Shown here: piece by piece, positions 57,842 to 64,000 of the stretch
Layout: each line of letters opens with the position of its first letter
How positions within the stretch are numbered: position 1 is the stretch's first letter
Source: Chrysomallon squamiferum
Lineage: Eukaryota; Animalia; Mollusca
Assembly (NCBI GenBank): GCA_012295275.1
Contig: CM022671.1
Location: 1,984,001 to 2,048,000, forward strand
Direction: 5' to 3'
DNA length: 64,000 bases
Position numbers and translations under genes: made by a program
The notes under the pieces: model-generated
The model's input: only the letters and a program-made list of their open reading frames with translations
Told to the model about the DNA's origin: nothing
The model's database searches: none

Positions 57842-59116
57842 TATTAATGTTATAATAAATATAAAATTTCTAAGAGTTGTAATGAATGTTTCTTTTTTAA
57901 TTGATTAAGTACATCAGTAGATAAATGAATATAAGAATAAAATAAAAATTACATTCATAAAAACTTTCATTTGACAATTTACCTATTTTCAAGACAAAAA
58001 AAAAGTAAAGAAAAAGGAAGAAGAAAATGTCAAATAAAAAAAGTATTTATATGTGTAAATAGCTTGAATAAAAAAAGTGGTTACTATGTATTTGACTTGT
58101 GTGTATCAAATATGATAAAAAAATAAATACAGCAAGAAAGATCAGTTAGAAGAAATAAAATAAGGAAAGAACAACAACAACAAAAAATAATAATAAAAAA
58201 AGGATATAAAGGCGATAAAAAAAGAAAGATAAAAAAAATGAATAAAGAATTTTTAATACTTTACAAGAGTTATTATTAATTTACAAGGCTGACCTGAAGT
58301 GACTAATAGTTCTCGACTTGTTCGGTCACAGAAAAATGCCAATTCAAGCAATGTTTTGGTGAGTTTAGAATTGAAAGTAACAATTACTAATTCATGTTTT
58401 CGTCATTATCATAACTTCTGTATTTGCAATCTTTATAACGCCATTTTAAAATTAATTCTTAATATAAGAATAGTTCAATTCCTTTAATATTATATTTCTT
58501 CTATCATTTTTCCTTAAACTATGCTGAATTCTATGATGATTTTAATGTCTTTTCGAACTTTCCAATATTGTCTTTACTTATTAATTAACAGGTTTATTGA
58601 TGGTTTATTGTTTTTTGCTAGGTAATTACTGTGACTGTGATTAGAGAGCAAGGCTCCTATGATGCATCTTCCCCTCTCTACCCTTGGGGCCATTTATCAC
58701 CCTGCGAGTTCTTCAAGACTGACTGATCAAAGTGTGGACTACACACCTCCCTGTCTATGGCTAGATTCATATCAAAGATAACTAACGCATCCTCAGTGAA
58801 CTCTTTCAATATTTTATGTATTAAAAATAACACTTTTACATATCACTTCTGCTAGCTTGATTTTACGAACATGTAGTTTATTACATTGTTGTTTCATTTG
58901 AAATGAAAATGCTGGCTACTTCATTTTGTGTAAAATATATTAAAACTACATTATTATAAAAAAAAAAAAAAAAAAAAACAACAACAAACAAACAAACAAC
59001 AACAATATAACAGTCATTCATATTATGTATAACACTGGTTGTTCGTCATATTCAAATAATGAAAAAGACGTATATAAATAAGCAAATAACGAAACAATCA
59101 GTTTGCACAGAAAAAA

Positions 59117-59196
<80 letters not shown>

Positions 59197-60057
59197 TTCT
59201 GAGGCCAGAAGACTATAACATTATACACTGAGAAAAAATAAACAAAATAAATTAAAACACATAGTATCAAAACTTGTCCATGACAAAACTTTGAAAGGTG
59301 ATTAAAAAAGGAACTGTGAAAATTAACAAAGTGTTCTATAATGTAATATGCTTTGTTTATAACTGGTTGTATCTGAGAGTATTTGAAGATAAACTGTGAT
59401 ATCAATACAAAACAAGATATCTTCCTTTTTTCTGTTTACCTTGGGTTTTCTATCCTTACTTCCATTCTCCTTCTCCTATCTTTCTGTATTTCTTTGTTTC
59501 GTTTCGTTTGTAGTTTTTGATATTTAGAGATAAAAACATAACTGAAACATAGAAGTACAGATAGACTACGTTTTCCTTCTTCATTCATCTGTCTTTCTTT
59601 CCTTTTTCTTTTTCTTTTTCATACCTTCATTTAGAAAACTTCTTTTCTTTCATTAATTTTATTTATTTTATTTATTTATTTATTTAATCATTAATTATGT
59701 TAATGCGTTCTCAAAAAATATAATTGAAAGTTTAACATTTTTAATTAATATAATTTTTCTTATATATAATTTATCGCACTTTGTTAAATAATGTTAATAT
59801 ACATACATACATACATACGTACATATATACATACTTATGTGGTTTTCCAGCGACAATAAATATTTTACTCCAAACGAAATAATTAATAGATTCTCTGGCC
59901 TCAATATAAAGACAATCTACACACAATCTTAACGTCTTGTGTGCTTTAGCTTATAAGTCTGTTAATTCACTAAAGAAAGATTGTACTTTTTTCTACAGTA
60001 AGTTGTATATGTGTAGAAGATATACAAGCATACATACACTAAATGAACAAGATAATT

Positions 60058-60257
60058 NNNNNNNNNNNNNNNNNNNNNNNNNNNNNNNNNNNNNNNNNNN
60101 NNNNNNNNNNNNNNNNNNNNNNNNNNNNNNNNNNNNNNNNNNNNNNNNNNNNNNNNNNNNNNNNNNNNNNNNNNNNNNNNNNNNNNNNNNNNNNNNNNNN
60201 NNNNNNNNNNNNNNNNNNNNNNNNNNNNNNNNNNNNNNNNNNNNNNNNNNNNNNNNN
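60058..60257. other. Assembly gap (200 N)
   Basis: Run of N bases. Confidence 1.
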
Positions 60258-61224
60258 CAACTTTATTATTATTATTATTATTATTATTTTATTATTATTT
60301 TTTTTTTTTTTTATCGACATTTGCATACTGACTATAATTCGAGACATACAAGAAGTTTATTATATAAAGCAGACGGAATTACTTATTGTTATAAGGACAA
60401 ATTGTGAAATGTGCGCACTAAAGGAAGATACTTATGTTTCTCTTCTGAAGCGGTATTTTAACATTCACTAGTAAAACCACTTACGAATAATATAAATTTC
60501 GATTACGGTTCAAGGAGACAAATATGATGTGTTGTCACGGCATAACAATTAAATAAAAAAATGACATAATTAAAGAGTGTAATTATGTTTTCCTGACAGA
60601 GGTAGAATAGAGGTATGAAGAAAAAAAAAAAAAAAAAAAAAAAAAAAAACAAAAAAAAAAAACATATTCATACGATAAATCATCTCGACTAGTAAAACTA
60701 ATTCCAGTATTTTCCTGTCAACATCAGAACATCATGAGAATATACGTCTTCAAGTCAACGCCAACAATTAAAGTCAGACGATATTTTCAGCATTATTTTC
60801 TGAATGCCCATTATTCTAGCTAGATGTAAGATCACACTTGATATTAATGAAACTGGGTCAAAGCAACCCAGAAATGAACTCAAGTCCACAGTCAATGTCA
60901 CTGTTGATTAGTTTTAATTGTCAAAACATTCTTTCATTCACATGCAAACTAGAGGCAATGCCAAAGGTCTGCTGTGTATACATTAGTTACTTTTTCTCAA
61001 ACTGCTTCATTTCCATGTTTTGTTCATGCATTTCATATTTTCAATTTAAATGGAACTATTGCCTTTTATTTAGCTGAGCAGCAGTCTGTGTTAACTCATT
61101 TCTGTGCAAAAAACAAAAAAAAACAAACAAACAAAAAACACCCAGAAAGATGAGATTACCAAACTGTAAATAATAAAATAACTGATTTATTCTCAGTGAC
61201 ATTCTCATTGATTTCACATTCAGA

Positions 61225-62420
61225 TTAAAGGTGTAACTTTATTAATTCATCACTGACAGTTGATGGAGTCATTACTGATATTATGCTTGATACTGGAAAA
61301 CAGCAATAACATAAACAAAAAATATTTTAGAAATATTTTGTTGTTTTTGTCAAATAACTGTGTACAGTCCTAGTAATTTAACAAAAATAAGAATTATATA
61401 TATATATTTTTTTTATTAAATTGTAGCAAATAAATAACATTGGTGAAAATGATGCCATTATTGTAAAGCAAATAATTTGAAATATAAGAAGTATTTAGTA
61501 TTTCACAAATATAATATCAGAATTTTAGCAAAACAAAAATAAATAAAATACTGAAATGTAGATAAATCAGACAGAGAAACAGACAGATTTAATTAAAATG
61601 AACAAAAGGGGGGGGGGGAAATGGGGTAATTATAAAAAATTAAACCAAATTAATAAATATCTTTAAAAAAGAAAAAGGGAAATAAATTATTTTAAAATGT
61701 GATAAAAATATGAATCTATTTCAAATTACCTTAAACTGATTTGGAATATCCTGCTTGTTCAGAGGATAGAGTTGAACAAACTTAAAACTTTCAGCAACTA
61801 CGTACACTGGTTTATTCATAGCTTTAGCTGATATGGCCATTGTGTATGTTCAAATCTGTACAGAAACAATAACAGAAGCATTAAAGTCTACCTCACACGA
61901 TTTGTCACACTTCTACATGAAAATGTATTTGTTTGTTGCACAAGTCTGTATTAATAATAAATTATTATGGTAAAATAATAACCTTCCACACACCTGAACT
62001 GACATTTTCCTGAAAAGAAAAAAACAATTCCCCTGCTAATAACACAGTTATTGGATGAAAAGAAAAAACAACAACTCCCCTGGCTATTTTGCAAGAATTT
62101 ACTCAGATTTGTAACATATTTCTATTTATGTAAATCTCAGTACTGTTACATCTTCATAAACCTGTTAGTTTATTGATCATCTTTATTACTATTATTATTA
62201 TTATTATTATTATTATCAATACTTATGTTGGACCCAAAATAAATGTTAACTAGATACTTTATTTATAATTCCTCCACTTTCTACTACTCCTTCTTTTTCC
62301 ATTACATACCTAAATAAGGATAATAAAATTATTTGAAGCAAGATTATACAAGATTTTATTTCAAGTAATTGATACAAGAATGCAAAATTAATATATTCAG
62401 ACAAAAATAATAAACTAAAC

Positions 62421-62480
<60 letters not shown>

Positions 62481-63575
62481 ACTTTAAAACCCTGAATTGA
62501 TTGAACAGATTACCACTGTGATTATGAAAAATTAATATAGCTATGCATACATGGAAAGCCGGTTATACAGAGAGGGTGGACAACATAAAAATGTGGATAT
62601 TTGTAAAGAAAGGAAATAATGATTATTAGAAATAAATCAGTATTTTAATTTTTGAAACCAACTTACCCTACTGCAGAATCCAAAACAACAGCTGAATGTC
62701 TGACACCTGAAGAACTATAAATATACCTGCTATTTTCATTTAAACTGAACAATAAGTGCCAATTCTTTGGCTGTTGTTTTACCTGTTCTTTTAGGGTTGT
62801 TTTCTTTTAAAAGTAAATAAATATAGAGAAACAGAAATAAAGAATGAAACCACCCATACACATACAGAAACAAAGAATGAACGACATAGATATAACAACA
62901 ATATATTTCAGATCCAAATGCAAATATATTTCTGAATATATTTTTATTTATAATGTGAATAAATTAATCCTTTTAAAATTTATTTTATGTCATGTTTTTT
63001 GTTGTTGTTTTTTAACTTTTCTTTGGACATAATGACATACATTTTCAGAATGCTGCTTTATTTTATTAATAACAAAAACTGTAACAGTATTAAATAATAC
63101 AATGATCTGGATATATATGAAATACATTTAGAATATTATTCTGTGTAACATCAAGGCTGATGTTAACAACCAATATCCAGTGTTTTCTTTAAGCCTAGGT
63201 TTCATTATCTATTTTAATAAAAAAGATTGCCTCTCTTTTTAAAATAGAAAGACAATGTGAATCTTTTTGAGAATGTGCTGAGAAAAAGGTTTTGTACAGT
63301 TTTGATAAATATTCTTGAGAATATGTTTTAAAAAATAAAATAAAATAAAATAATAATACATGAAAAAAGAAAATATTTTAAGTAAGATGACTATAAATTT
63401 ACTTAACGCTATAAATAAAAGATAATATTAAACAGATGAATGTTGGTTTTAATTTTCTTTACCCTGATTTGTCAGGAAGAGATTCTGTGACATAGACTTT
63501 AAATCTTTTCTTGGCTTCTGCAGCCTTCTTTAATATTTGAAGTACAACTCTTCATCGTGAATGTGTTAGTGCCGT
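61225..63575 (-). pseudogene. EIF2B1: Unprocessed pseudogene of translation initiation factor eIF2B subunit alpha (last five exons; 5' part outside the window)
   Basis: Exons: 63463-63575 ([37 protein letters not shown]), 62667-62726 (...AVVLDSAVG), 62258-62309 (YVMEK--------EGVVESGGIINK), 61730-61855 ([41 protein letters not shown]) and 61225-61292 (YQA*...VMTPSTVSDELIKLHL*). All have GT-AG boundaries. Confidence 0.9.
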
Positions 63576-64000
63576 CTACAAACAAGATAATTATAATAGA
63601 ACATTATTAATAATTATAATTATGAAAATGACCGTGATAATAATACTTTAAAGAGGTAGTAGTTGTAATAAATCCAGTAATTTACAACAATAATAAAAGT
63701 TACCAAGCCACAGAACAAATTCACTACTAAATAATTATTAAACTTAACTAAGTGTACTGACCAAAAATCTTAAAGGCCAGTGTAGATAAAAACTGGATAA
63801 CAACAGACTGATAAAGAGAGATAGTATATGTTTATATATGTGTGTATATATATGAATATGTGTATGTGTGTGTCTAGAAGGATGCTTGAATAGTTTATAA
63901 CTAGTTCACTGAGATCATTTACCATTAAATAAATTCATGGACACTATAGTAACTGATTGTCTCTGTATGCAATTAAAAGGAATTTGGATATTAGAACTTT

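Noticed and set aside
59937-60471. ORFs spanning the N run
   Set aside because: They are artefacts of the assembly gap.
61850-63554. In-frame TGA codons in EIF2B1 as selenocysteine or as stops repaired by A-to-I editing
   Set aside because: They replace conserved Ser and Gly rather than Cys or Trp, and they co-occur with deletions that recoding cannot repair.

Overview
AT-rich, microsatellite-dense animal genomic DNA with spliceosomal introns. Repeat style and gene content suggest a mollusc, possibly a cephalopod (inference). Five loci can be reconstructed by hand. (1) An 8-exon minus-strand gene (38045->2897) encodes a secreted ~681-aa protein: signal peptide, Tyr/Arg-rich N-terminus, three VWA domains and a Thr-rich linker. 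It has a single +1 base at CCC-TAA in VWA1. (2) An intronless, divergent MGAT2/GT16 glycosyltransferase (45790-47116, +) also has one +1 base. (3) A very compact 254-aa intronless class A GPCR-like ORF (47516-48280, +) starts 399 nt downstream of it. (4) A minus-strand SREC/MEGF-like EGF-repeat membrane protein (56406->49301) has a cytoplasmic tail encoded partly by micro-exons sitting in a ~630-670 bp tandem duplication. (5) The last five exons of an intron-containing eIF2B-alpha (EIF2B1) gene carry three nonsense codons and several deletions, so this is an unprocessed pseudogene. The window also holds a LINE 3' remnant, probable DNA-transposon ends, several minisatellites and a 200-N gap. 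All exon models come from manual reading of splice sites and phases, not from alignments or transcripts.
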